In this document: piece after piece, positions 8,460 to 16,556 of the stretch
Layout: every line of letters starts with the position of its first letter
How positions within the stretch are numbered: position 1 is the first letter of the stretch
IMG/VR virus record: IMGVR_UViG_3300045988_140118
Strand: one strand, 5' to 3'
DNA from: a virus
DNA length: 64,000 bases
Translations under genes and position numbers: made by a program
The notes under the pieces: model-generated
Databases searched by the model: none
The model's input: the letters and a program-made list of their open reading frames with translations, nothing else
Told to the model about the DNA's origin: nothing

Positions 8460-9033
8460 TAAAAAATACGTTGCTATTAATGGAATCTACGTAGAGAAAG
8501 CAATATTCTCTACGTATTTTGTTTGTGACTATGATGTATGCAAAGGAAAGTGCTGTTATGCTACCTTATCAGACGGGACCTATCTTTTAGGTGGTGGATT
8601 AACCAATGACGAGGCTAAGGAACTAACCCGAAAAAGACATGCACTCCTTAAGTATGTACCTAACAAACTACAGCAGTTTGCTGTTACTCCTGTAGTGTAC
8701 ACAGCTTTCGGAAATTTCACTTGTTTATCCGATAACAACGTATGTTGTTACTCTGATTCTGAAAATCGTTGTTGTGCCCTTAAAAACGCTCACAAAAGTG
8801 GCGATTTATCTTTTCCTATTCCGGTAGAGTGCTCTTTGTATCCGTTGAGTTATGAAGGACCGAATACCAAAGCTGGTTATTTAAAGCTTTTACATACGTT
8901 TGATGAATTTTGTGGGTGTGCCTATGAAAAGGGAAACAGAGAAAAAATATGCGTTATTGACTTTGTGAAAGATTCTATTATCCGCTTATTGGGAACAGAA
9001 TTTTTTGATGCTCTTAAAAACTATAAACTCTAA
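8452..9033 (+). CDS. Cys-rich protein, DUF3109-like
   Basis: The N-terminal FVCDYDVCKGKCC pattern and length (193 aa) resemble the Bacteroidota DUF3109 family. 8-nt overlap with folE. Confidence 0.45.
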   Translation: MANKKYVAINGIYVEKAIFSTYFVCDYDVCKGKCCYATLSDGTYLLGGGLTNDEAKELTRKRHALLKYVPNKLQQFAVTPVVYTAFGNFTCLSDNNVCCYSDSENRCCALKNAHKSGDLSFPIPVECSLYPLSYEGPNTKAGYLKLLHTFDEFCGCAYEKGNREKICVIDFVKDSIIRLLGTEFFDALKNYKL

Positions 9034-9047
9034 AATAAAAAAGAACT

Positions 9048-9377
9048 ATGACTCCTCCAGTATTTTCTACAGATGCAGACTTCAGAGTAAGTGTTCTATC
9101 TTACCTAAAAAGTGCCAACTCTATTAAAAAGTCTACTGTATTAGTAGCAACGACTAAGGGATATAAAGGGAAATTATTCTCAATAATTTTTCAGACCGTT
9201 TATTCCATAAAGAGTGAAAAAGCCCCTTTGGTTACTATTTTGAAAGGTTCTTGCTTTTTTATTGACTCTAGAAATCGCTTAGAGGTTTCTTGTGCTATGT
9301 CAAGCGTACCTCTTTCTACGTGTAGCTTCCCTACAAAGGACGAATACAATGCTTATTTAAATATTCCGGTAGTATGA
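9048..9377 (+). CDS. hypothetical protein
   Basis: 109 aa ATG ORF. Confidence 0.5.
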   Translation: MTPPVFSTDADFRVSVLSYLKSANSIKKSTVLVATTKGYKGKLFSIIFQTVYSIKSEKAPLVTILKGSCFFIDSRNRLEVSCAMSSVPLSTCSFPTKDEYNAYLNIPVV

Positions 9378-9622
9378 TAACTATTTTACTAACTACTTTA
9401 CTATTTCAGGTAGGCACCAATCTTATTTTATGGTATAAGTTTATACGGACTAAGAAACAAAAGGAGTGCGCTTACTATATAGACTATCGAAAGGGAAACA
9501 CAATATTAAGAGTGTTCAAACCTTTTTACGAAGGAAAAGTGATCTCCGAAATACCCCTACATAAAATTTTAGACCGTGGTACATTGAATCAGTATTACTT
9601 GTGGGTATTGATAGAGATGTGA
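9374..9622 (+). CDS. hypothetical protein with N-terminal TM segment
   Basis: 4-nt overlap with the upstream gene. MITILLTTLLFQVGTNLILWY is hydrophobic. Confidence 0.5.
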   Translation: MITILLTTLLFQVGTNLILWYKFIRTKKQKECAYYIDYRKGNTILRVFKPFYEGKVISEIPLHKILDRGTLNQYYLWVLIEM

Positions 9623-9676
9623 TTTGGAGAGTTATTAACTATCTCCTATATTTGAACCAAAATTTCTTAAAAACAG

Positions 9677-9982
9677 ATGAAAAGTATAAACAGTTTAGCA
9701 TTAGATTCTCTTAGGATCGCACTCCTGAGAAATAAAGTAACCATTTTTTCTGAAGAAGCCTCAGTCCATCAAGAGACTTGTGACAGTCTTCGTGAAGAAG
9801 TTGACGAGTTTTTACAAGCAAGTGAGTGTAAACCTTCCGAGCATTTACCTGAATATACTGAAGCAGTCGAAGAGCTTGCCGATATTGCTTTAGTAGCTTT
9901 GACCGAACTCTCCAGAAGAGGGGTTAACGTAGAGAAAGTTTTACTACTCAAAAGCATGTACAATGAAAGAAGAAATGATTGA
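9677..9982 (+). CDS. MazG-like nucleoside triphosphate pyrophosphohydrolase
   Basis: LREEVDEF...AVEELADIALVAL matches the ExxE / EExxD metal-binding helices of all-alpha NTP-PPases. About 100 aa. Confidence 0.5.
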   Translation: MKSINSLALDSLRIALLRNKVTIFSEEASVHQETCDSLREEVDEFLQASECKPSEHLPEYTEAVEELADIALVALTELSRRGVNVEKVLLLKSMYNERRND

Positions 9983-10274
9983 CTTTACCTGTTCCGGAAT
10001 GACCGTTGAAAACGCTACAGATTTACTGAATGTTTTTCTACAGGAATATTGTACAGAACATTCGTTTACGGAAACGTCCTTGAAAGAACACCTCTTTGTC
10101 ATTTCTTCTGGAGAAGGTTTTTCTGTCAACAAGAAAGACGATAACAATCCTATTTTTAAACTATCTAAGAAGGATACTGCTTTTGAAGGGACTATTTATG
10201 CTTCAGAAGAATCTTATCCAATAACTACAAAATTTCTCCGCAGGTTTACCTCTGTGGAGTCAATGATTTACTAA
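9963..10274 (+). CDS. hypothetical protein
   Basis: 103 aa ORF overlapping the upstream gene by 20 nt. Confidence 0.45.
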   Translation: MKEEMIDFTCSGMTVENATDLLNVFLQEYCTEHSFTETSLKEHLFVISSGEGFSVNKKDDNNPIFKLSKKDTAFEGTIYASEESYPITTKFLRRFTSVESMIY

Positions 10275-10290
10275 CTTAAAACAAAAAATT

Positions 10291-10857
10291 ATGCGATCTT
10301 TTAAAGTTTATTGCGGTGGAAAATTTCATGAAACCGTGGATCATTTAATTAACTTAGGCTATAAGACTTGTGCTTCTTGTACTGATGATGACGGACCTTT
10401 TATTGTCGCCACGGAAGACGGTTCTTTTATTTGGCTATCTGACTACAAAGCATTTAGAAGTGTCACGGATGTGATAGAACTTCCTTTGTCTGTAGTTAAT
10501 GCGTTTAAAGCTCAGGATATTATGTTTGAGATTCCTGCGGGATCTTCCGTGATGCCTCTTCTTGAAAAAGATGGAGTCCCTTCTATTTTTTCTGTCTCCG
10601 ATGGAGAAACATTTTATATAAGAACCGTTGATAGGGATAACCGTTTCGATGGGAATTTCCTGAAACTAACTCTTTTACCAATGGGAGAGATGTCAAACGA
10701 TGCAACCGAAGCCAGTAAAGTTGCTCGAAACATTTCCGGGATTACTGCCGGGGAACTACTAGCGGTACTGGTAGAACATTCTAAATACTACAAGCACATC
10801 GGTTCGGATGTTCGTGATTGTTTGCGGGCAGTGCATGTCACTTTTGAAGGACTTTAA
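10291..10857 (+). CDS. hypothetical protein
   Basis: 188 aa with protein-like composition. Confidence 0.6.
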   Translation: MRSFKVYCGGKFHETVDHLINLGYKTCASCTDDDGPFIVATEDGSFIWLSDYKAFRSVTDVIELPLSVVNAFKAQDIMFEIPAGSSVMPLLEKDGVPSIFSVSDGETFYIRTVDRDNRFDGNFLKLTLLPMGEMSNDATEASKVARNISGITAGELLAVLVEHSKYYKHIGSDVRDCLRAVHVTFEGL

Positions 10858-10914
10858 TCTTTGGAGTAATGGAATACATATCAGATTATCTGCCTTGTGA
10901 CGAAATAATTATCC

Positions 10915-11217
10915 GTGCCAGTGAAAACAACTCTGAAAAAGGAGATTCAGAATTTCCCGAAATTTATCTCCCTTAAAAATAAGCTGGTCCTCCGACTAAC
11001 CGGAATAGACTTGAAAGGCAATGGTATTTATGCCCATGAAAATAGACATAAGTTTTTACTAGTTGCCCGAAAGAAGGATAAGTTTATTATCCTGAACTAT
11101 CCGGAAGAGTCGGAGAATTTTACGGAATGTACTTTGTCCTCTCGATCTGCTTATATACAATCGGTAGGAGGTTGTGTTGACTATCAAAAAATAAAACGTA
11201 CTGAAAATTTATATTAA
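10915..11217 (+). CDS. hypothetical protein (GTG start)
   Basis: 100 aa ORF with no in-frame ATG, so a GTG start is implied. Confidence 0.4.
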   Translation: MPVKTTLKKEIQNFPKFISLKNKLVLRLTGIDLKGNGIYAHENRHKFLLVARKKDKFIILNYPEESENFTECTLSSRSAYIQSVGGCVDYQKIKRTENLY

Positions 11218-11218
11218 C

Positions 11219-11440
11219 ATGGATTCAGAAACTTATATAGTCCCTGTAGCTATTACAGTTAGAGGAAAAATCGCTTTAAAAGCGAACAATTGGGTTGAGG
11301 CTAGAACAATTGTTGAACAAGAAATTGATAATTTTGGGGTTGCCGTAACCATCCCTGATGGATTTTCCGTAGAACTACCTTTTGAGAAATGTCAGGAGTC
11401 GCTTGGTTTTGTAACAATTAAAGACAAAACTAAGAAGTGA
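11219..11440 (+). CDS. hypothetical protein
   Basis: 73 aa ATG ORF, 1 nt after the upstream stop. Confidence 0.5.
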   Translation: MDSETYIVPVAITVRGKIALKANNWVEARTIVEQEIDNFGVAVTIPDGFSVELPFEKCQESLGFVTIKDKTKK

Positions 11441-11498
11441 AAAAATCGCTCTTTAAATAGTTTTTCGCTTTCCGGAGATTGTATGTCTAAAAATTCAT

Positions 11499-11506
11499 TA
11501 TCTTTG
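11499..11506 (+). promoter_or_regulatory. -7 box TATCTTTG
   Basis: TAnnTTTG 24 nt upstream of the ATG at 11530. Confidence 0.5.
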
Positions 11507-11529
11507 CTTCGGATACAAAATTATATGGT

Positions 11530-12000
11530 ATGGCACAGTTAACTTCGTCTACTGTCCAAAAGATTCGGGTACTGCTTGCTTCTTGGACTTCTGTTAGACA
11601 AAAAACGCATGTGTTCCATTGGAATATTACAGGAAGTAGTTTTAATGAACTGCATAAATATTTTGAGGAACTCTATGATGAAGCAGTGAATAGTATGGAT
11701 AGTTGCGCAGAACGTCTACGACAAGTAGGAGTTTTCGTAGAAATGTCGCTAAAAGATGCTGCCGAATTATCCGTTCTCGGAGATGCCGGATTTTCTACGA
11801 CTGATGACCGGGAAATGGTAATCGACCTAATCAGATCTTATGCACAGCTTACCGCTTTACAAAATGAAATTTATTCGGAGGCTGATGAAGTAGGAGATTA
11901 TGTAACGGCTGACTTAATGACGCAGCTAAGTAAAACGAACGAGTTAAGAAGTTGGTTCTTATCTTCATGGTTAGGAGAACAGAATCAAACCCAGTTATAG
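11530..12000 (+). CDS. dps: Dps-like DNA-protecting ferritin-superfamily protein
   Basis: HVFHWNITGSSFNELHKYFEELYDEAVNSMDSCAERLRQVG matches the Dps ferroxidase-helix pattern (HW.v.G..F..lH..fee.y.....D..AER). 156 aa. Confidence 0.8.
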   Translation: MAQLTSSTVQKIRVLLASWTSVRQKTHVFHWNITGSSFNELHKYFEELYDEAVNSMDSCAERLRQVGVFVEMSLKDAAELSVLGDAGFSTTDDREMVIDLIRSYAQLTALQNEIYSEADEVGDYVTADLMTQLSKTNELRSWFLSSWLGEQNQTQL

Positions 12001-12117
12001 AATCATTTTTAAGTCATAATTGATTAGCTATAAAATTCATTCGATCCCGGACGTACAAAAAATACTTGTGAAAGTAGAGTCCAGTAAAATTAATTCGATT
12101 TGCATATTATGTAGGAA

Positions 12118-12150
12118 AGGATTGCCTGTGAAGGTAGTCCTTTTATTTTT
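12118..12150 (+). terminator. hairpin plus T-rich tract (first of two tandem terminators after dps)
   Basis: AGGATTGCC / GGTAGTCCT stem (2 G-U pairs) followed by TTTATTTTT. Confidence 0.5.
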
Positions 12151-12155
12151 ATAAG

Positions 12156-12195
12156 TACCCTCGACTCTCCTAAAAAAGAGTTTGAGGGTATTTTT
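12156..12195 (+). terminator. rho-independent terminator
   Basis: TACCCTCGACTC ... GAGTTTGAGGGTA stem followed by TTTTT. Confidence 0.7.
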
Positions 12196-12622
12196 GTGCC
12201 CAAGTTAGTTATAACTATATGTACCTAAAAAATCGCATTTTAAAACTACCTATTTTTCCCTATTTATTTTCCTTTCTACCTAGTTTCTTATAACTACCTG
12301 ATAAATTCCTTTTCCAGTAATTAAAAAACGCTCCCATGAAGCGGTATGTCTTACTATATGCAATAAGGAGAATCCCCTATATAAAGACGGTTCTGCAAAC
12401 AAGTCCCCCGGAAAGTTTGCCAAAAAGCTAAGGATTTTTGCGGATAAATGTTTTAATACTATTATAATAACATTAATACTATAAGTATGTGTAATGGGAG
12501 TGATGGGTAAGCAAGAAAGATAGAAATCTCCTATTACTAGATTACTGGCTAGATAGCAAGAAAACAGGGCTACACATAGCTGTAGGGCAGTGAGCGTTCG
12601 TGCAATTATAGAAATTAGCTGT

Positions 12623-12644
12623 GTATTTACGCAGGTATTTACGC
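12623..12644. repeat. tandem direct repeat GTATTTACGC x2
   Basis: Identical 10-mers at 12623-12632 and 12635-12644. Confidence 0.9.
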
Positions 12645-12876
12645 TTATTTAGTTTTAATTGGCTGGTTGGTTACTTACTTTTTTAGCTGTTTTTCTTGTT
12701 TAGAACCCTGTTTTTACCCTTCTAATTTGAGAAAAGTTAGGGAAGTTTACAAAAACAGCCTATTTTCTAATTTATGCCATCACTGAGTATCAGATAGTTA
12801 GCTCAAAAATTTCCGGGGGTTATATCTTTTTGCCCAATTCATAAAAATCATTACACAAAAACGAGCGATAACAATA

Positions 12877-13200
12877 ATTAGAAGCTAATTAGCGTAATTA
12901 CGTAGTAAATTAGCCGTGTAACTAATTAAATTACGCATGCAGAATTAAAATTAGCGTAGTTTTATTTTAGTTATTCTTTCTACTTTCTTATATAACTAAC
13001 TTAGCGATTAAAAATAAACTGGAAATTACGTGCGGAAATTAATTTCTACTTTAATTCTTATCTTATACTCCTATTATATACTAGAAACTAAATTAATTTG
13101 CGGCGAATATTTTAATTTCTAGTTCTAATTTTATCTATGTCTTATGATATAGGTATACATAGAATAAAATAGCGTGCGAAATTAAATCTACTTTGCTAAG
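12877..13200. repeat. AT-rich iteron-like repeat cluster
   Basis: Many AATTA(G/C)CG-type words lie between 12877 and 12960. Three spaced copies of a GCG(G)AA(A)TTAA(T)TTCTAC-like core sit at 13032-13049, 13100-13122 and 13172-13191. Confidence 0.7.
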
Positions 13201-13543
13201 CGTAGCGATTCTTTCTAATAGAAATTAAATAAGCCCAATTAAAAACGGCAAATAAACTAATTACTTTTAGTAAACCATATACTAAGTAGAGATACTTACT
13301 ATTACCTACTAAGTAACCGATGGATTTATTCAAAGAAACATCGAAGGAAAGATAACTTTAAATTTTTTGCGGCAATTTCTTATTCCTTATTCCCAGAAAG
13401 ATCTACCCGTAGATACATAGAGTGATTGGACGTGAGCTGACTGAGCTGAACCAAGAGAGGGGTACCCTTAAATGGACTTAGCAGGGCGGTTAGGTTCGGG
13501 TAGTACGCTTAGGTCACAGAGTGGAAAAGACGACCTGTATTTT

Positions 13544-13629
13544 TGTGACTGCATGTGTGATAGACAGTGTGTGGTGTGTAGTGTGTGTCTGAGAAATGTA
13601 GTGTGGTGGTGTGTGACTGCGTGTGTGAT
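13544..13629. repeat. GT-rich block bounded by an 18-nt direct repeat
   Basis: TGTGACTGCATGTGTGAT (13544-13561) and TGTGACTGCGTGTGTGAT (13612-13629) flank (GT)n-rich sequence. TGAGCTGA occurs twice at 13433-13449 just upstream. Confidence 0.9.
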
Positions 13630-13777
13630 CGAACGAAAAAGGACGCTACACGGTACGACTATCTAATGTGTATACCTATACAGTTACTTTGCATGTGATA
13701 ACTGTTAATTGATCTAAAAATAACAATGCCTTTTGAATAAAACTTTCTTTTCAGTTTGTTATCTAACATAAAATTAC

Positions 13778-13785
13778 TATCTTTG
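13778..13785 (+). promoter_or_regulatory. -7 box TATCTTTG with -33 TTTG at 13755-13758
   Basis: TAnnTTTG 42 nt upstream of the ATG at 13828. 19-nt spacing to TTTG. Confidence 0.6.
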
Positions 13786-13827
13786 TGTATAAAAGTTAAT
13801 CACCTAACAACATTAAAAGACAAGGTT

Positions 13828-14073
13828 ATGAAAGCAATTACAGAAAAAGAGACACTAAACAATAGGTTTTGTAAAACAGATAAAAAGACAAACAAAGTTA
13901 CTTTAACTAAAGTGAGTCGCAAACAAGCTGAAAAAATGGATATACGTACTTTATGTTTGTACATAGCTTCAGAGAGCCTAAGATTTAGAAGTGTTGCTAA
14001 AGCTACTGAAAATGCGAATCGGTGGTTAGCAGAAGGAGATAAAGAAAAAATAGTAAGTTTGTTTTTTGAATAA
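13828..14073 (+). CDS. hypothetical protein
   Basis: First ATG in track ORF 13756-14073. Sits downstream of the promoter box. Confidence 0.5.
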   Translation: MKAITEKETLNNRFCKTDKKTNKVTLTKVSRKQAEKMDIRTLCLYIASESLRFRSVAKATENANRWLAEGDKEKIVSLFFE

Positions 14074-14105
14074 TTAGAATATAGACCTTTTAAAAATATA
14101 CAATT

Positions 14106-14405
14106 ATGAAAACAGTTATTTCAAAATTAGACAAGAAGACATATTATCTGGCAGTTGCTACTAACTGCGAGTACAGTGAGTTTATTGAAGGAGAAAGATA
14201 CCAAGTGAGAAGCGCAACGAAAGAAGATTGCCCGGACTTTGAAGATTACTGTGTAGTAAATGGTACTTTCTGGGAAACACTTCCTGAGATAGACTTTCTT
14301 CGTATAAGCGGAAGACCCATGATCAACCGATACAATGGCACTTACTTTCTTCACAGACTGGTATTGAAGAGTGATTGCAAAAAGTATCTGTCTTATCTTA
14401 ACTAA
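14106..14405 (+). CDS. hypothetical protein
   Basis: 99 aa ATG ORF. Confidence 0.5.
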   Translation: MKTVISKLDKKTYYLAVATNCEYSEFIEGERYQVRSATKEDCPDFEDYCVVNGTFWETLPEIDFLRISGRPMINRYNGTYFLHRLVLKSDCKKYLSYLN

Positions 14406-14426
14406 TAATGAATTTGATATAAGAAA

Positions 14427-14654
14427 ATGGGAACTTCCAAGAAACAAGCTAATATTTTTGAAAAGGTGGCTACTTGCCAGAGTCCAACAGGAACTACCTA
14501 CGGATATATTTATACCAAGAACGGATGGTTTGGTTATTACATGTGTGGTTACAAATATCCGGAGAAAAAAGGTACCCTGGAAGAAGTTGAAAAATATGTC
14601 CGTGAAGAATGGGATTTGATTATAAAGAGAAGTGCGAAATTTAAGAATATGTAA
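14427..14654 (+). CDS. hypothetical protein
   Basis: 75 aa. Preferred over the overlapping ORF 14371-14619 on spacing and composition. Confidence 0.45.
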   Translation: MGTSKKQANIFEKVATCQSPTGTTYGYIYTKNGWFGYYMCGYKYPEKKGTLEEVEKYVREEWDLIIKRSAKFKNM

Positions 14655-14691
14655 AACCGGTAGCCGAAAGCTGCCACAACACCCAAAAATT

Positions 14692-15558
14692 ATGAAAACA
14701 ACTGTAGAAACTATTTCATTAGAAAAACTCCATGAAACTTGTGTAAAGAAATTCGGCGATACGCTGGATACGTACTACACCCGTAAAGTAACTGCCCGTT
14801 TGGCAAAGAAGATTACCCGTGAACTGGAAGAAATCGCTTCAGGTATGCGTAAACCGAAAACAGAGATCCTGCCTGTTGAGGAAGTAGAGAGCTTCGATTC
14901 GTTTACCGTAATGCTGGATGGCGAGAAGTATGTATTCAGTGGGGACGATGACGAATACTACCTGAAACCCGCCAAGAGAGTCAGAAGAAAAGCAAGTGCT
15001 CCGGCGGAAGAGACTCCGGTAACTCAAAAGGCTCCCACCAAGCTGGTAAGGAAAGAAGCTCCGAAAACCAAAGAGGTGAAATTGGTTCCGGGTAAGGACT
15101 ACGTATACGAGTTGGTACGTCCGTTACCCATGTGGAAAGGAGTGTACCCGTCTATGGAGGAGATTACGAAAGTTTGGAACGTGATTACGATGTCTTGTTC
15201 GGACGAGCTGCTGTTTCAGATGTTGAACGCAGCCACTATTCCGAATGTAAAAACCGAACGGATGCCGGAACTCAGTCGGATTCTTTCCGGTAAACAAAAA
15301 GACCGCAGCCAACTTCGGGTATTGGCGAACTTGCTGATTCACGATCTGGCCGGTGCGCTCAGCGGGAATGTTGCCATGTATACGGATAAAGCGGTGAAAA
15401 CGGTTGCCTCTTTTGTACAGAGCGTGCCGTACCGTACAGCCAACGTTACCGCTTACTTGGAGGAACGTGGTTTTAAGTTGACGGGTAACGTTTATAAACG
15501 TGGACGTACCGTACTGAATACCTACAAAGAGATAGCCGAATTTATAAACGCTTGTTAA
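14692..15558 (+). CDS. hypothetical protein
   Basis: Internal ATG of track ORF 14632-15558, chosen to avoid overlap with the upstream gene. 288 aa with a basic central linker. Confidence 0.6.
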   Translation: MKTTVETISLEKLHETCVKKFGDTLDTYYTRKVTARLAKKITRELEEIASGMRKPKTEILPVEEVESFDSFTVMLDGEKYVFSGDDDEYYLKPAKRVRRKASAPAEETPVTQKAPTKLVRKEAPKTKEVKLVPGKDYVYELVRPLPMWKGVYPSMEEITKVWNVITMSCSDELLFQMLNAATIPNVKTERMPELSRILSGKQKDRSQLRVLANLLIHDLAGALSGNVAMYTDKAVKTVASFVQSVPYRTANVTAYLEERGFKLTGNVYKRGRTVLNTYKEIAEFINAC

Positions 15559-15566
15559 GATAGGAT

Positions 15567-15800
15567 ATGGGACGAATGAATTACACAGTGGAGAGCAGCT
15601 TTATCAAATCGGCTGCTTACTCCGAAGAAAAACAATGCTTGCGTTTGGAGATCAGGGATTACTTTTATTACTATTACGGGATTACGAAAAATAGGTGTAC
15701 CCGTTTCCGTAACGCAACCAGCAGAGGAGCTTACTTCTGCACACACATCAAAGGACAGTTTACTTGTGTAAAACGAAAAATAAGGAGGGCAAAAAAGTGA
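15567..15800 (+). CDS. KTSC domain protein
   Basis: SSFIKSAAYSEEKQCLRLEIRD..YYYYGITKNRCTRFRNATSRGAYF fits the KTSC pattern (S..i..v.Y......L.v.F....Y.Y..Vp......f..A.S.G.yf). Confidence 0.55.
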   Translation: MGRMNYTVESSFIKSAAYSEEKQCLRLEIRDYFYYYYGITKNRCTRFRNATSRGAYFCTHIKGQFTCVKRKIRRAKK

Positions 15801-15811
15801 GAACACGTGAG

Positions 15812-16369
15812 ATGATTGACGCATTGGTAGGGAAAGACTCTAAACGGTTTGACCGTAAACATCTGGAATCGTTGCCGGCTGCTGCCGTAGGTGTAGTTTA
15901 TAAATGTGTATTCGGGGAGCCAAAAGTACTCCCCAATAACAAAGACTACGACAGTCAGGGAAATGAAGTGACCTACGAAATAAAAGAGGCGGACGATACC
16001 GAAATAGTGGAACCCTATGACCCTGAATACCTGGAGGAGAATCCGCAAAGGGACGAGGTACTTTCCACGTATGAAAAATGGTACTTGAAAGAGGTTGCCA
16101 AAATCGAGAAAGCGTTACGGCAAGTACGGGTTGCCTTTGATTGGGATGACCGCTTCGATACATTCCGGGTTGCTCGTTACCCTAGAGGTGAATATCCGGT
16201 TTATCGGTATATCTGGATCGAGGAAGACAATACGTATGCGTTCGGTCCGGCAGAAAGTATGGAGTCCGGACATGATACCGTAACCACTCCCAGGCTATCC
16301 GTACTTGTGAGAAAAGTAAAGACTTGGACAGAAACTAAATTAATAAAGAAAGATGAAAACCATGATTGA
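15812..16369 (+). CDS. hypothetical protein
   Basis: Internal ATG of track ORF 15764-16369, just after the upstream stop. Confidence 0.55.
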   Translation: MIDALVGKDSKRFDRKHLESLPAAAVGVVYKCVFGEPKVLPNNKDYDSQGNEVTYEIKEADDTEIVEPYDPEYLEENPQRDEVLSTYEKWYLKEVAKIEKALRQVRVAFDWDDRFDTFRVARYPRGEYPVYRYIWIEEDNTYAFGPAESMESGHDTVTTPRLSVLVRKVKTWTETKLIKKDENHD

Positions 16370-16556
16370 AGAAAAACCCAGACTTATCCGTTTCTTGGAC
16401 GGTGAATTTAAGAACAGAACCCTGCGTAAACCGTATCGGATGTGGTGGAGAAACTTTATGTATTCTACCGTAATGATCGTAGCTACCCTTTTGCTGTTCC
16501 TGTTTATACAGATATTGAGTAACATAGCTGATTACATTAATTACGTGGTAAGATGA
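16353..16556 (+). CDS. hypothetical protein with C-terminal TM segment
   Basis: 67 aa. YSTVMIVATLLLFLFIQIL is hydrophobic. Confidence 0.45.
   Translation: MKTMIEEKPRLIRFLDGEFKNRTLRKPYRMWWRNFMYSTVMIVATLLLFLFIQILSNIADYINYVVR

Noticed and set aside
13472-13666. 64-aa Cys-rich ORF inside the GT-rich block
   Set aside because: All ten Cys and most Val codons derive from the (TGT/GTG)n nucleotide repeats, so the 'protein' is a by-product of DNA-level repetition. The ORF also runs through a -7-like promoter box (13538-13545) and has no recognisable translation context. It is kept only as a remote alternative in the finding on this block.
12001-13777. CRISPR array or tRNA cluster in the large non-coding region
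   Set aside because: The repeats are short (8-23 nt), imperfect and irregularly spaced, not 28-37-nt units with uniform spacers. I found no cloverleaf-compatible segment. The GGTTCGGG at about 13493 lacks a complementary T-stem and acceptor stem.
14371-14619. 82-aa ORF overlapping 14427-14654 in another frame
   Set aside because: It would overlap the 3' end of 14106-14405 by 35 nt and most of the alternative ORF. The 14427 ORF gives the tighter, non-overlapping gene spacing. The choice remains uncertain.
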